Part shown: positions 11,486 to 23,037 of the stretch, piece by piece | How positions within the stretch are numbered: the stretch's first letter is position 1 | Layout of the letters: each line of letters begins with the position of its first letter | Origin: Stylophora pistillata | Lineage: Eukaryota | NCBI RefSeq assembly: GCF_002571385.2 | Contig: NW_019217790.1 | Span: forward strand, 1,003,242-1,067,241 | Length of the DNA stretch: 64,000 nucleotides | Reading direction: 5' to 3' | Position numbers and translations under genes: made by a program | Notes under the pieces: generated by a model | Databases searched by the model: none | Seen by the model: the letters and a program-made list of their open reading frames with translations, nothing else | What the model was told of the DNA's origin: nothing

Positions 11486-11735
11486 AATAAAGGGTGAAAG
11501 TTTCTAAAGAAACTGTTGTGCTGCATTGGTGAGGGTAACCAGGTAATTTGGTTAAATCAGCTAAGTTAAAATTGTAAATTGGCCACCATAAAGAGTTAAA
11601 AAGCTGAAGTTTTGGGCATTAGCCCTTCATCAGAGCGAATTGTGAAGCGCTAAGGCTCGAAAATGTCAGCTTTTTAACTCTTTATGGTGACCAATTTACA
11701 ATTTCAACTTAGTTGATATGCCATATTAAACCAAG
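11486..11735. mobile_element. Head-to-head inverted pair of the hammerhead-motif repeat (copies 2 and 3)
   Basis: Arms 11556-11607 and 11666-11717 are near-perfect reverse complements. Minus-strand motif gctCTGATGAagggctaatgcccAAAActtcagc at 11603-11636; degenerate plus-strand motif at 11641-11670. Confidence 0.7.
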
Positions 11736-12223
11736 TTGTGTTTGTTTTTAAGTGGAGCACAGTTGGTAGATTGTGAAATTGATTTTTTTTTTTTTTGCAT
11801 CACAACTTGAGAATAAAAATAGATTGGTCTGCACTTTCCATGGAATAATTTCTCTCTCAGTAGGAGGTGGACAGATAATGCATGGTAACAGTTAAAACTT
11901 TCAAAAGAACAAAAATTATCAGTGGACTTGAATTAAGTAAAAAAAAATAGTAGATTTTGAACTTGCTTGCCAAATAAAGAAAAATTTTAGTTATTTTATT
12001 ATGACAAGGCAAGTATCCCAAAGGAATAAAATGGCAGATCTTTGAATTTTTTCATCAAGGTGTAAACACAGAGTCACAGCAAATGTGATGGTAAGAAAAC
12101 ATGTGACAAGTATGGTGTACATGGCTGGAATCAGTAATGTTGAAGGATGTGTATTGAGTGAATACATGAATTTTTCTTTTCATGAAGTGAACTGATTCAT
12201 TTGTTAAATGAAACCCACTCCTC

Positions 12224-12961
12224 NNNNNNNNNNNNNNNNNNNNNNNNNNNNNNNNNNNNNNNNNNNNNNNNNNNNNNNNNNNNNNNNNNNNNNNNNNNNN
12301 NNNNNNNNNNNNNNNNNNNNNNNNNNNNNNNNNNNNNNNNNNNNNNNNNNNNNNNNNNNNNNNNNNNNNNNNNNNNNNNNNNNNNNNNNNNNNNNNNNNN
12401 NNNNNNNNNNNNNNNNNNNNNNNNNNNNNNNNNNNNNNNNNNNNNNNNNNNNNNNNNNNNNNNNNNNNNNNNNNNNNNNNNNNNNNNNNNNNNNNNNNNN
12501 NNNNNNNNNNNNNNNNNNNNNNNNNNNNNNNNNNNNNNNNNNNNNNNNNNNNNNNNNNNNNNNNNNNNNNNNNNNNNNNNNNNNNNNNNNNNNNNNNNNN
12601 NNNNNNNNNNNNNNNNNNNNNNNNNNNNNNNNNNNNNNNNNNNNNNNNNNNNNNNNNNNNNNNNNNNNNNNNNNNNNNNNNNNNNNNNNNNNNNNNNNNN
12701 NNNNNNNNNNNNNNNNNNNNNNNNNNNNNNNNNNNNNNNNNNNNNNNNNNNNNNNNNNNNNNNNNNNNNNNNNNNNNNNNNNNNNNNNNNNNNNNNNNNN
12801 NNNNNNNNNNNNNNNNNNNNNNNNNNNNNNNNNNNNNNNNNNNNNNNNNNNNNNNNNNNNNNNNNNNNNNNNNNNNNNNNNNNNNNNNNNNNNNNNNNNN
12901 NNNNNNNNNNNNNNNNNNNNNNNNNNNNNNNNNNNNNNNNNNNNNNNNNNNNNNNNNNNNN
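12224..12961. other. Assembly gap (N run)
   Basis: 738 consecutive N. Confidence 1.
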
Positions 12962-13099
12962 CAGGATGCTGGACAGGTACACTATTTTCAATCAGTTGTG
13001 CAAAACCTTCCTTAAATAATCTTGTCAGATGCTCCAGTCCATTATTTTTTCAAATGACTGGTACATTTAAGTTTTTACCAAGTTTTAAGGATTAATGGA

Positions 13100-13531
13100 T
13101 TAATAATATACATGAAAAAAATTCTCAGTTCTGATTGGTTAAGATGAATGCAGTTTTCAGTTAATTCAGTGCAGAAGAGAGTTAATTCAGTGCAAAGAAA
13201 GAAACAAACCAGACACTCTGATTGGTCAGAATGATTGGTCCCTGTCAAGGTCAATGTCACTTGCAGGGTTTGAATAAGTTGTTTTTTGCACGTGATGGGG
13301 GCGCTTTTCTTCTGCGTAGTTATGAGATGCTACCTCGTATTTTTCATGTATAAGATTAATACAAAATCACATGATTTTCTTGTGCAATTTGGAAGAAATA
13401 ATCACTTGTAAATTTTTTCAAAAACCACAAATTGCGCTCGCCCTACGGGCTCATGCAATTTTGTTAGTCTGAAAAAATTTACTCGTGCTAATTTATTCCA
13501 AATTGCACTCGAAATCATGTGATTACCTATA
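13100..13531. mobile_element. Non-autonomous element with terminal hairpin (13365-13524)
   Basis: aatcacatgattttcttgtgcaatttggaa ... ttccaaattgcactcgaaatcatgtgatt around the centre tcgccctacgggctc; the left tail has repeated tctgattggt. The left boundary is approximate. Confidence 0.65.
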
Positions 13532-14495
13532 CAAATATTGGGAATTGTTCGCTACTTCTGCCTGACTGAATGCCTTTTCACTTGCATGCTGTAAGGGTGT
13601 CAACTCAGCTGGGCCTAATTGATGGGGAGGATGCAAAAAGATATTTTTGATAAACAGATCGTAGCGTTTCTCAAGGATGTCACGCAACGCACCATCATTG
13701 CGTGATAACGATACCGCTTTGAAGGAGCGAGTTTGTCGTTCGTGGAATAAAACACTTGACGTAAATTATTTCCTTTTGTCAATGGGCCTGTGATATGTGC
13801 TAGGGGGACCAGAAAAAATAGTTAATTTGCCAGTACAGAAGAATATCATACTTGTGCCTTTTTGAAGTGAGATTAAACGTGCAAGTCTTGGATCAATTAT
13901 TTGATACAAAGTCATTTCCTTAAATGGTAACAAAGACGCGAGTTTCAAACTTGTTTCTCCTATCTCTCCTCCTCAAATAGGTAAAAGACAGCTATATTTG
14001 TTTAATTTTTTTCAATTTTAATCTGACACTTTCATTACAGTGAGGATATGCAGGTGTGAAGAGAGGTGGTTAAAATATTTTATCACGACAAAACCCAAAA
14101 TACTTGAGCAGATGTGTGTTTTGTCAGTCATTCGTATGGTGAGTACAAACATAGCTTATCTAAAGAATGTTGAAAATGTCTGTTGATATATTCCTAACCC
14201 TGTTTTGTAGGGGTCGATTGTTGCTGAGTGATGAGAAACTGAAATTTGATCTCACCGTGTTCATTGTGTTCCGCTCGATTAACCTTGCGCTGTTATTATT
14301 GTGTAGTGTTTTAGCACAATGCTATCACTTCATAATTTTCTGTTTCTGAAGAAAGGCTATCGCTTTGCCCTCTGGAGGAACAGGCATCATATGTCTTTCA
14401 TTACAGGAATTAATGATAATTATCGTGTTTTTCATGCAGAAAAGTTTTAATGTAGTTCCTCTCTCACTCGGCGTGGTCGTTTAATAGCAGGAATC

Positions 14496-17400
14496 ATGGT
14501 TTGTGCACGTTTTCAGCGTGTTGATCTTCCATTTAGCGATCATGGAAGGTGGTCGGAGCTGAAAAATCTCTATGTGAAGCTAGAGGGAGTGAAGGATGCA
14601 GAACATCTTGTTGACGTTCTACAAAGGATTTTTGAGGTTGCTGGTAATGACATCAAACAACTCCGAGTCCCAAGCGATCGGGCAGGCGCCAAAGAAACTT
14701 CCGATTCCTTGAAGCTAAGCTGGCATTTTCAAGGGCTACAGCTGTTTTTTGACGAGATTGCAACAGAACAAGAAAGTGCGACATTTTTTGAGACAATTCT
14801 TCCGTTCATCGTCAATTTAGCATTAAGCATCGAAGAGTATTCTCCAAGTCAAGGCATTCTCCTGTGTTCACAACAGCGAGGTGCGTACTGTTTGTTGTTT
14901 ACAGTTAGCGATATTGGGCACAGCCAGTGATACTATAACAATCTAATTTTTAGGCGATTTAGCTCGAGAAATGAAGCGCAACCATCAGCAGAGCTGTGTA
15001 AAACAATCTTGGTTTTAAATATGTTTTAAAATGTGTTTTAATCTCACGAGCGTGCCTCTATTGTCGTGGTGGACAATAATACTTTGTCGAGTACGTCCCG
15101 CTGTTGTTGTTGAAAACCTTTTACGAATTCTCACGACAATCCAAAACCTCTTCTAATCCTTTTGTTACTTTATTAGAACTCCTTCAGAATCTCTAACAAG
15201 CTTAAGTTGCTAAGGATGTCTTTCCTAATTAGAACTAAGTTACGCAAAAGTTTGAAGAAATGTCCGAAAACTTGGCGCCGAAAAATAGAATTTTAATAGT
15301 TTTCTGTGACGATCACGGAATGATTACTGTTCAAAATGATCATGCCGTAATGAGTGCATGTCTTAAACGCAGTTATGAAAACGCAATTTATTTGATTGCT
15401 AACTCGAAATGCATTGGAAATCTCTGTCAGATTTTGTTGTCAATAATACTTAAAGATCTGGTTCCTTTAATTTTTGGTATTTTTCATTGTATTTAATGAG
15501 ATATAACCTGTTCAATTAAGACCATCTTTAATTTATTGACCCCATATCTTAAAGCACGATTAATTTAACGTCACAATGGTAATAGTCAAGATATGTAGAT
15601 AATTACTTCTCGGTGGTTTTCAGAGGTGATGGACGTGATGACTATTGGTGTGGTGTTATTGCCATTTTTTTTAGCAATGTCTTTCTTTTCTTCGTAAGAT
15701 ACACTGTTTCCAGCCATCTTAAAATACTTCAGTGATTCTTTTCATTAAGGCCTCCCAATTTTGTCTCCCTTTCAAAATCAAATTGTCTGTACACAGGTTT
15801 TTTCAACATGTAAAATCTTGCATAATCAGCCAACTTGAAGTTCATTACAATTATGTTGCAGAGTCTGGTATTGTCCTTGACAGAAGATTCATTGCTTGTC
15901 TCCTGGCCTCGGCATTTCTCTGTGCACTGCCCCCACCAGCAGATGACACACAAGTTAGATCCATTAACTTTGTTCATTTGTTTACGTGTTTTCACAGGTA
16001 GGATTTTTTTTAAAAAATTACAATATTTAAACATAACTTCTCAACTGGTGATGATGTATGGTCCAGTCCTCTTTCTAATTTTACTTTTTATATATAAAGA
16101 GAGGATATCCAAGATGCTCAGGCTGCAAAGCTGCAATGTTTAATACACTACTTTGAAAAACTTAGCAGTGTCTGGCCGGATGTAACAGGAAGAGTTTTCT
16201 ACAGTAGACAGGTGACTTAATTAGAAATAATAAATTAATCAAAGACATTTTGAGCTTAGAAAAGATTCAGTGGTAGGAAAGTGTTGCATGATGAAAACTT
16301 CAGAACTTTCAAACCATTAGAAAGTAAATCTGGATGTCTTGAACCATATCAAGGCTCTTTCAGCAGCCTATTTGATCATTCTGATAGATTTATCACCCAA
16401 AGTATGTTGAAATTTTAGTAGAATTAAGAAATCCAACAATTAAATACTTCCTTATTTTACCATGACTTGTTTTTTGAGCGAGTGTATTAATTTGATTTAC
16501 CAGGTTATACCAAGTAACTCTCTTCCTTCTCTTAATGATTGGATGTCATGTGACCTTCCTCTGTGTCCAGTTATTGTCGATAACAAGACATCAATAGAAA
16601 ATTCTGGAGGACATATGCTCCAGGTTTGTTGTGAAATCTGAAACTGCTGAGTGCCCCTTTAGCTTGACTCCAGTTTTGGTGCTCTGTTGAGTGTCATTGG
16701 CTTTTCTTCCTTGAAGAATGCTGACTTCTTTCCCAAACTGGTGATCAAGACTATTTCTTACGTAGTTTAACACAAACAACAGCTTATGTTTACTTGAAGA
16801 ATTGAAATTATTTTATAAAATTTGAAACATGCTTGTCCATCTTTAACAGTCAATTTAGTCTTTCCTGTTCCAAATTGGCAGTTAATTGATGCAAACTTGT
16901 GATGATTCATATCACTGAGATAGGTAATGGCCTCTCCAAGTTAGCTGGTGCTCATATCTCTAAGAAAATTGAATAAAATGAGTTTTAATCGGGACTTAAA
17001 GACCATTAAAGGTATCTTTTGATTTATAAAATTCATAGGTGGACTTTGCCAACCGTTTCATTGGAGGAGGTGTTTTAGGTGCAGGTCAAGTCCAGGTATT
17101 CCCTTTCATGTAAATTTTAAATCAGATCGGTAGTCATGTAGTGATCAAATTTGTTTGGTTGCAAGGGAAACAGGTAGTGCAGTAAAAAATGGAATTTGGG
17201 AAGGGTGATGTACTTGAAATTAAAAAAAATAAGAAGATCTGTACAAAGGAGGGTGGATATCTTTCCAAAACAGTGCAGTTTCGCAAGGATGGTTTCCCTA
17301 ACTTTATAGTCTTGATTTTTATGCTTGTTTGCGTTTTTTCCCTTTCCAGGAGGAGATCAGGTTTTGTATTAACCCTGAATTACTAGTGGCTATGATGACT

Positions 17401-20400
17401 ATGGAAACTATGCAGGACAATGAAGCAATTATAATCAGGGTCAGTTATAAATCTCTTTCATTCTAATCAGAACCGTAGTAAGAGTGTGCGCATTAATTTC
17501 GTCTCTGTGAATGTATTTATTCTAGGGAGCTGAAAGATTTTCTTCCTATTCGGGATACGGAAGAACCTTCAAGTTCACTGGCGACTTTAAGGACGAATCA
17601 GAGGTAATTTTGGCGACTATCATTTGCTAAGCGAACGGTTGGACAAAATAAAGACCATCTACTGAGAACCGTAAATACTGGCTCTTTGCCACAAGCACTA
17701 CGGTGTAATAGATGTGCTTGAACGCTTGTCTTTTAGTTAAAAAAAGGTCATTTTGGCAGATTATGATCAGAAAGATGAAATGCGTGAAGAGCGTTTGATT
17801 TCCTTGCATAATTTTGTGGATTAACAGAGACCAAGGTATTTTACCATAACAGAAATGTGTAAGTTTACAAAACTGCCAACTGTTAAGAATTTAGAAACTT
17901 TTTTATACTCAAGTTGTAGCCGTGAAATTGACCGGGCATCAAACATTTTCTTGGTTATAATATTCCGAAAATCATAGTTTTTGTTTTTTTTTTTACTCGG
18001 AAAGAAGTGTCATTTCGTCATCATTTCTTTTAAAGCACGATGAAGACGGTGATTTTCAGACCACAGTGGTAGCAATTGATGCAAAACGGTTCAAGAACAT
18101 GCCAAGAGAAAGTCAGTATGAAGAATCTGCGTTGCTAAGAGAACTAAACAAGGCTTTGGTAGGATTTTACAACCCTGAAGTCGGTACCCAGATCCTCCGC
18201 ACTCCATCAGGTTGTTATCTATGTGCGCGTTCTTTCGTTGTTCAATTTTTACTTTCATTTTCGCTCAGACGGCCCTTGAAGATCGACTGATTTAAATCCT
18301 TTCTCAGTATAATCACAACAGCCAATCGTAGTGAGGGAGAATGCGTGAAAGGCTCACGTGACTAAGTCCTGATTGGTTTAAGTTTTGCATCTAATTGGTT
18401 GAAAAGAGCGAAACGTGCAACGGTGAGCAGAGTTCTGGGCTTCATTGTCTGGGAAGTGAATTTGCACATGTTCCCGACACTCAAGCAATTCAACGATTTG
18501 ACTTTTCTTTCATGAATCCTGCTGTAGAATATTAAGGCGCTACTCAAGTTGCAATTCTCTTACAACATTCATTCTCATTCGTCGCAATATTCACTAACTC
18601 AACGAATTTAGGCGAATTACTTTCTATTTACACTACTATACTTTTTGTTCGTTGCTGTTCGCCACGAACCTTTTTTTTGCCAGTTGTCGATGTAATTTTT
18701 TTCTTTCTTCGTAGACGAAGAAAGTGACATGTCTTTAGCTGAAAGCGAAGACTTTGCTTCATCGGAAGAACTCGTGCTCTCTTCGGAAGATCCTGTGGTA
18801 TCATCGGAAGAAGCCGAAACTCATAAAAGGCAGCCCTTGCCAAAAGACGGTAAAGTTTTGGAAATTCCCGAGTTTAGTCATAACCTTGTCAATCTTGCGT
18901 TATCGCAAGCTATGGACGAAGTAAACAATAACTGCTTCTTAGAAGACTTTGTTGACGGTGATATTGTGACTAATGTGATGAAAAAGTCTTTGATCGAAGT
19001 CTTCGGTGGTACTCCCGAAAAAGCTCGGAGATACTCGGAAAACCTTTTGAGTCCTTCGCTGCTCCCGAAGTGCTTGTCGCTTAACGCGAGTGGTTCAAAT
19101 TCTCCGACAGTTCCCGGTACACCTCCGTCCTCTCCTGCAATGTATGATCCGAGCATTTCTGAACAGACATCTTTAGACTCGCAATTACGGTTGAACACTT
19201 CTCTAAGGTTAAATAGAAGTTCAAGTAAAGATGGATCTCTCTCTTTTTCCGTGAAGAGCTTTGCTGACTCACTTTCCAACTCTCTAATGTCATGTGTGCA
19301 GTTGACGTCATCCCTCGCCACTGCCATAGCAACCGTGGCGACTTCACCAGGACAAGTGGTGTCGGATACCAAAGAAGCATTTTGCGAGAGCCCCAAGAAC
19401 ATAAGGTCCCCCGTGAAGAATGGAGATAGTATTTTGTCATTTTTGAATCGGAAAGTTCCTCAATCGGAGATTTCGCCGAATAAGACTTTCACTGATGGTT
19501 TTCACTTTACCGAATTTGTGGAAGACTTATCATCATTAGTGAAATCAACAAAGCTACAAAGGTTCAAGGTCAAAGATGACGCGGAAAGCTGTCTGATGTC
19601 TTCAGGCGCTAGACAAAACCTTATGGAGGAATTCAATCAATTTGGGGATGAATCCAACGCAAAGGTGTACGAGCAGTTTGCAACAAAATTATCAAGCTTC
19701 ACTGTCGATTTGGCCCTTACCTCTTTATTTAGATCACCATTTGAAAGGGACGAACTTGAGAAAGACGTTGGAGAAATTCTCACCGAACAGAGTACAGATC
19801 CTGACTCGATGGATCCATCTGATGAGCAAATTGGTAACGGTTCTCAGTCCCCATGGAGCGCTGCGCAAATCAAAGGTAGTCGGGAGTTTCTTAACATCCT
19901 TAATGGTCACGCAAATGCTCTGTTGGTAGATACGATACAGTCTGCTCTGGCTGAGGCAGCAGAATATTGTGTTGAGAGAACAACTTGTGATTATTTTTCT
20001 TCTCCCGTCGATGAAGATTATGAACCATTGAAAGAAAAAGAAGGGCAAGGAGAGATGGAAAATAAGACGGCAGATGCGAGTAGCTCGTCAGAATCTTCCG
20101 AAGGGGAGCAAAGTGACTACACTGAGGAAGGTAACCTGACTTTAGGGAATTCTCTGAATGACCTCGCCTCTGAATTCCCACAGGCTGTGTTTGAAATAGC
20201 ACAGAAACTTTCCCAGAATATCATTTATGATGGAGTGGCGCAAGCAGTAGTAGTGGTGATGAAAGAAAAATCCAAGGAAATGACGACAGAGGTTCAACTG
20301 GAAACTCCCAAGGAAGTCACAGAGGTTGATACTAAGAAAAAGGCAGAAGAATCGCTCTCCTTCTTTGTTGAGGATGGAACCGACAAGCAGACTTTGAATG

Positions 20401-21302
20401 GATTTTCGGAAGATCTGAGCTGTTTCACGATACGTGGAGCTGTTAAGCTTGCTGGAGCACTCCTTGAGACGCCCAACGGGGAACCCCGGGTACGCCCCGT
20501 TGCAACCGGGAACTGGGGATGTGGGGTGTTTAAGGGGGACCCGGAATTGAAGGCTGTTATTCAGTGGGCTGCCGCGTCAGCAGCTGGGTGTCCTGTGGTA
20601 GTTTACCATTCTTTTGGTGACCAGAGAATGTCACATGTGAGTTTCCTTCCAAGGATTTTAGTATTTTCTTATAGATCATTTCAGATTATAGAAAGGATTT
20701 TGTATTCATCGGCGAGTTTTCTGCTTTACCCGCACAATGTTTTCCCAATGTTTTTCCAACGTGTTATTTGTAATTCGGTAGCAGCGCAACAGGCGCTTGA
20801 TAGAAAGATCTGGTTTTAGAATCCCTCTGGGAAGTTCGAATTTTTTTTACTTTCTTCCACGCTAGTGAAACCTAACGACATATTTCGACGACGATATTTG
20901 TTCATCCGACGACCGAGCCAAACATTTAATCATTCATTACTACGATCATGTTCTGTCAGACTATTGCCTTTTTAAGTTGATTACCTTTCTTTTGCCTTTT
21001 AGTTGGTAGGACCCTTGTCTGTTTGCGCACTTTGATAAATTTTCCTTTCCATCCTTGATTAGCTAATGTCGTTGCCAATTCGTTTTATCGTTTGACACGT
21101 ATTTCTCCCTTTTATTTCTCTTTCAAAGTTCCTCAAGGCACTCGTTTGTTTACACTCACGTAACTGGAAAATCTCTGACGTCATCCAAGGAGTTCTTCGA
21201 TTCTACAAAGCTATCCAGGTAGGAAGGGAGGAAACTGTTGGAAAAAATTCGTCATTGCTGTCATTTCTCTGCCAAATGCGTCAACCATCTATCAAAAAAT
21301 GA
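14496..21302 (+). CDS. PARG: Poly(ADP-ribose) glycohydrolase (PARG)-family protein with a ~600-aa insertion, 1082 aa
   Basis: Phase-consistent exons 14496-14880, 15862-15997, 16100-16211, 16504-16623, 17039-17095, 17350-17439, 17526-17603, 18036-18210, 18715-20636, 21129-21302 (3249 nt). Motifs: [67 protein letters not shown] (catalytic GGG...QEE), YSGYG Tyr loop, VVAIDA, LRELNKALVGF, VATGNWGCGVFKGDPELKAVIQWAAAS. May be a paralog rather than the ortholog. Confidence 0.9.
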
Positions 21303-21807
21303 AAAAGAAACGTAAACATCTGGGAACAAAGGTGGACGCCAGTCGGACAGCTCTTTACTTATTAAAGTTCACTAAACAACTTGCATGTCTGAGTGCGACC
21401 AAGAGAGGTCAAAGAATCGAAGACTGTTCAGTACAAGCTCTGCTGTCCATAGTTTTACGATGTAAGGAAGAGAATCAATGGATTTAGAAAGTATCGCGAC
21501 AAAGTAGCGTAAATTTATTATAAGATACTTTTGTAGAGTAAGGTAAGATGTATTTCGAATTGCAGTTTGGATCCCTTAATCAGGAGAATGGAGCAAATGG
21601 AAATTTTCCCTGCTCTTTCACGAAAAATATTTGGATCTGGCAGTTAGCCCATAAGGATGGGGACTTGCTAATTATTATTCTAGGAGACACTCGTGAAGTC
21701 CGTGGTTTTGATGAAATAGTATTTATCTTTTTGTCAATGTAACTAACCTTCCTGTGCATGTCACAGTGCAGCCGCGCATGCTCCGCACGACAAGCGCAAA
21801 GCGCAGA

Positions 21808-22234
21808 GTGTGCAAAGCTGCACGGTGTGCCAAGCTGCACGGTGTGCTAAGCTGCACGGTGTGCAAAGCTGCACCGCGTGCAAAGCTGCACGGTGTGCAA
21901 AGCTGCACGGTATGCAAAGCAGCACTGTGTGCAAAGCAGCACAGTGTGCAAAGCTGCACGGTGTGCAAAACTGCATGGTATGCAAAGGAGCACGGTGTGC
22001 AAAGCTGCAAGGTGTGCAAAGCTGCACGGTATGCAAAGCAGCACGGTGTACCAAGCTGCACGGTGTGCCAAGCTGCACGGTGTGCGAAGCTGCACGGTGT
22101 ACAAAGCTGCACGGTGTGCGAAGCTGCACGGTGTACAAAGCTGCACGGTGTGCGAAGCTGCACGGTGTGCCAAGCTGCACGGTATGCCAAGCTACACGGT
22201 GTGCGAAGCTGCACGGTGTGCGAAGCAGCACAGT
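21808..22234. repeat. 17-bp minisatellite, ~25 copies, consensus AAGCTGCACGGTGTGC(A/C/G)
   Basis: Read directly; contiguous units with no spacers. Confidence 0.95.
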
Positions 22235-22673
22235 GTTCCGACCCAGTTCATTGTTTAGAGATATAACTTTGAAGGAAAGCTACTGAGTGGCATGGTTTCT
22301 AGTTTAGTCTGTTTCAATTGGCCTTCGGAAGGGTATCAAGCCTTATACCATTTTTCAATTCATTATGAGTATAAGTTAAATTATTTGTTCTTCTTGTAAG
22401 ACCCAACGAGGATGTTTGGTTTCTAGAGCACACGTATTTTTTACAGGGCAGGAGATGTACCTTTAGAGTTTTATTATAAAATTATAGTCGTGTTATAATA
22501 ACTGTCGATATCTAAGTGTAGTTTATACTTTAAAAATCTTAGGAACTTACATTTTTGATAACGTTTTTGTAGTTTATTCGCAAAACGTAAATTGTTTGCT
22601 GATTGAATTTCCAGTTTCATGGTAATTTTTATACAAAGACATTTTTTTAGAAATAAATGAATGCAGAAATTAA

Positions 22674-23037
22674 GGCCCTGTTTACAAGCAAGGAGGGTAA
22701 CCCTTGTGCTAGGGTTACCCTAGCAGGCGGGTCAAAGATAGCCCGGGTTTACAAGCAAAAGTTCACAGATAGGGTTACCTTACCACCCGGGACAACTTAC
22801 CTATGCTTGGTAACCGCACGCATTGTTATCAATGTTCAAAGGGTCTGAAAACAAGTAAAAAGTTGTCCCGGGTAGGCGAGTTATCCCCACCAGAGCGTTT
22901 ACAAAGCAGCTAGGGTTACCCTAGCTGCCTTGTGAATTCGTCCATGAAAAAAAGAAGAAATGTGGGAGCGTTAGGGTAACCCTCCTGCCAGGGTAACCCT
23001 AGCACTAGGGTTACCCTACCTGCTTGTAAACAGGGCA
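22674..23037. mobile_element. PIF/Harbinger-like MITE (~364 bp)
   Basis: ~54-bp TIRs ggccctgtttacaagcaaggagggtaacccttgtgctagggttaccctagcagg / cctgccagggtaaccctagcactagggttaccctacctgcttgtaaacagggc; TAA on the left flank (right TSD not intact); internal agggttaccc repeats. Confidence 0.8.

Noticed and set aside
12197-13095. Long ORFs of X residues
   Set aside because: Artefacts of the N gap.
18878-20476. Antisense ORFs over the PARG exon (similar ones overlap the ZZ/EF and GPCR exons)
   Set aside because: Shadow ORFs of real coding sequence with no recognisable motifs.
18729-20819. Stand-alone 696-aa gene
   Set aside because: It is exon 9 of the PARG gene (acceptor 18714, donor 20637); the tail after 20636 is intron.
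21808-22234. Possible CRISPR array
   Set aside because: Units are contiguous with no unique spacers, no cas genes are present and the context is eukaryotic.
21580-22286. Cys/His-rich ORFs of 86-170 aa on both strands (metallothionein- or zinc-finger-like)
   Set aside because: A by-product of a stop-free 17-bp tandem unit; all frames are open and there is no splice or codon evidence.
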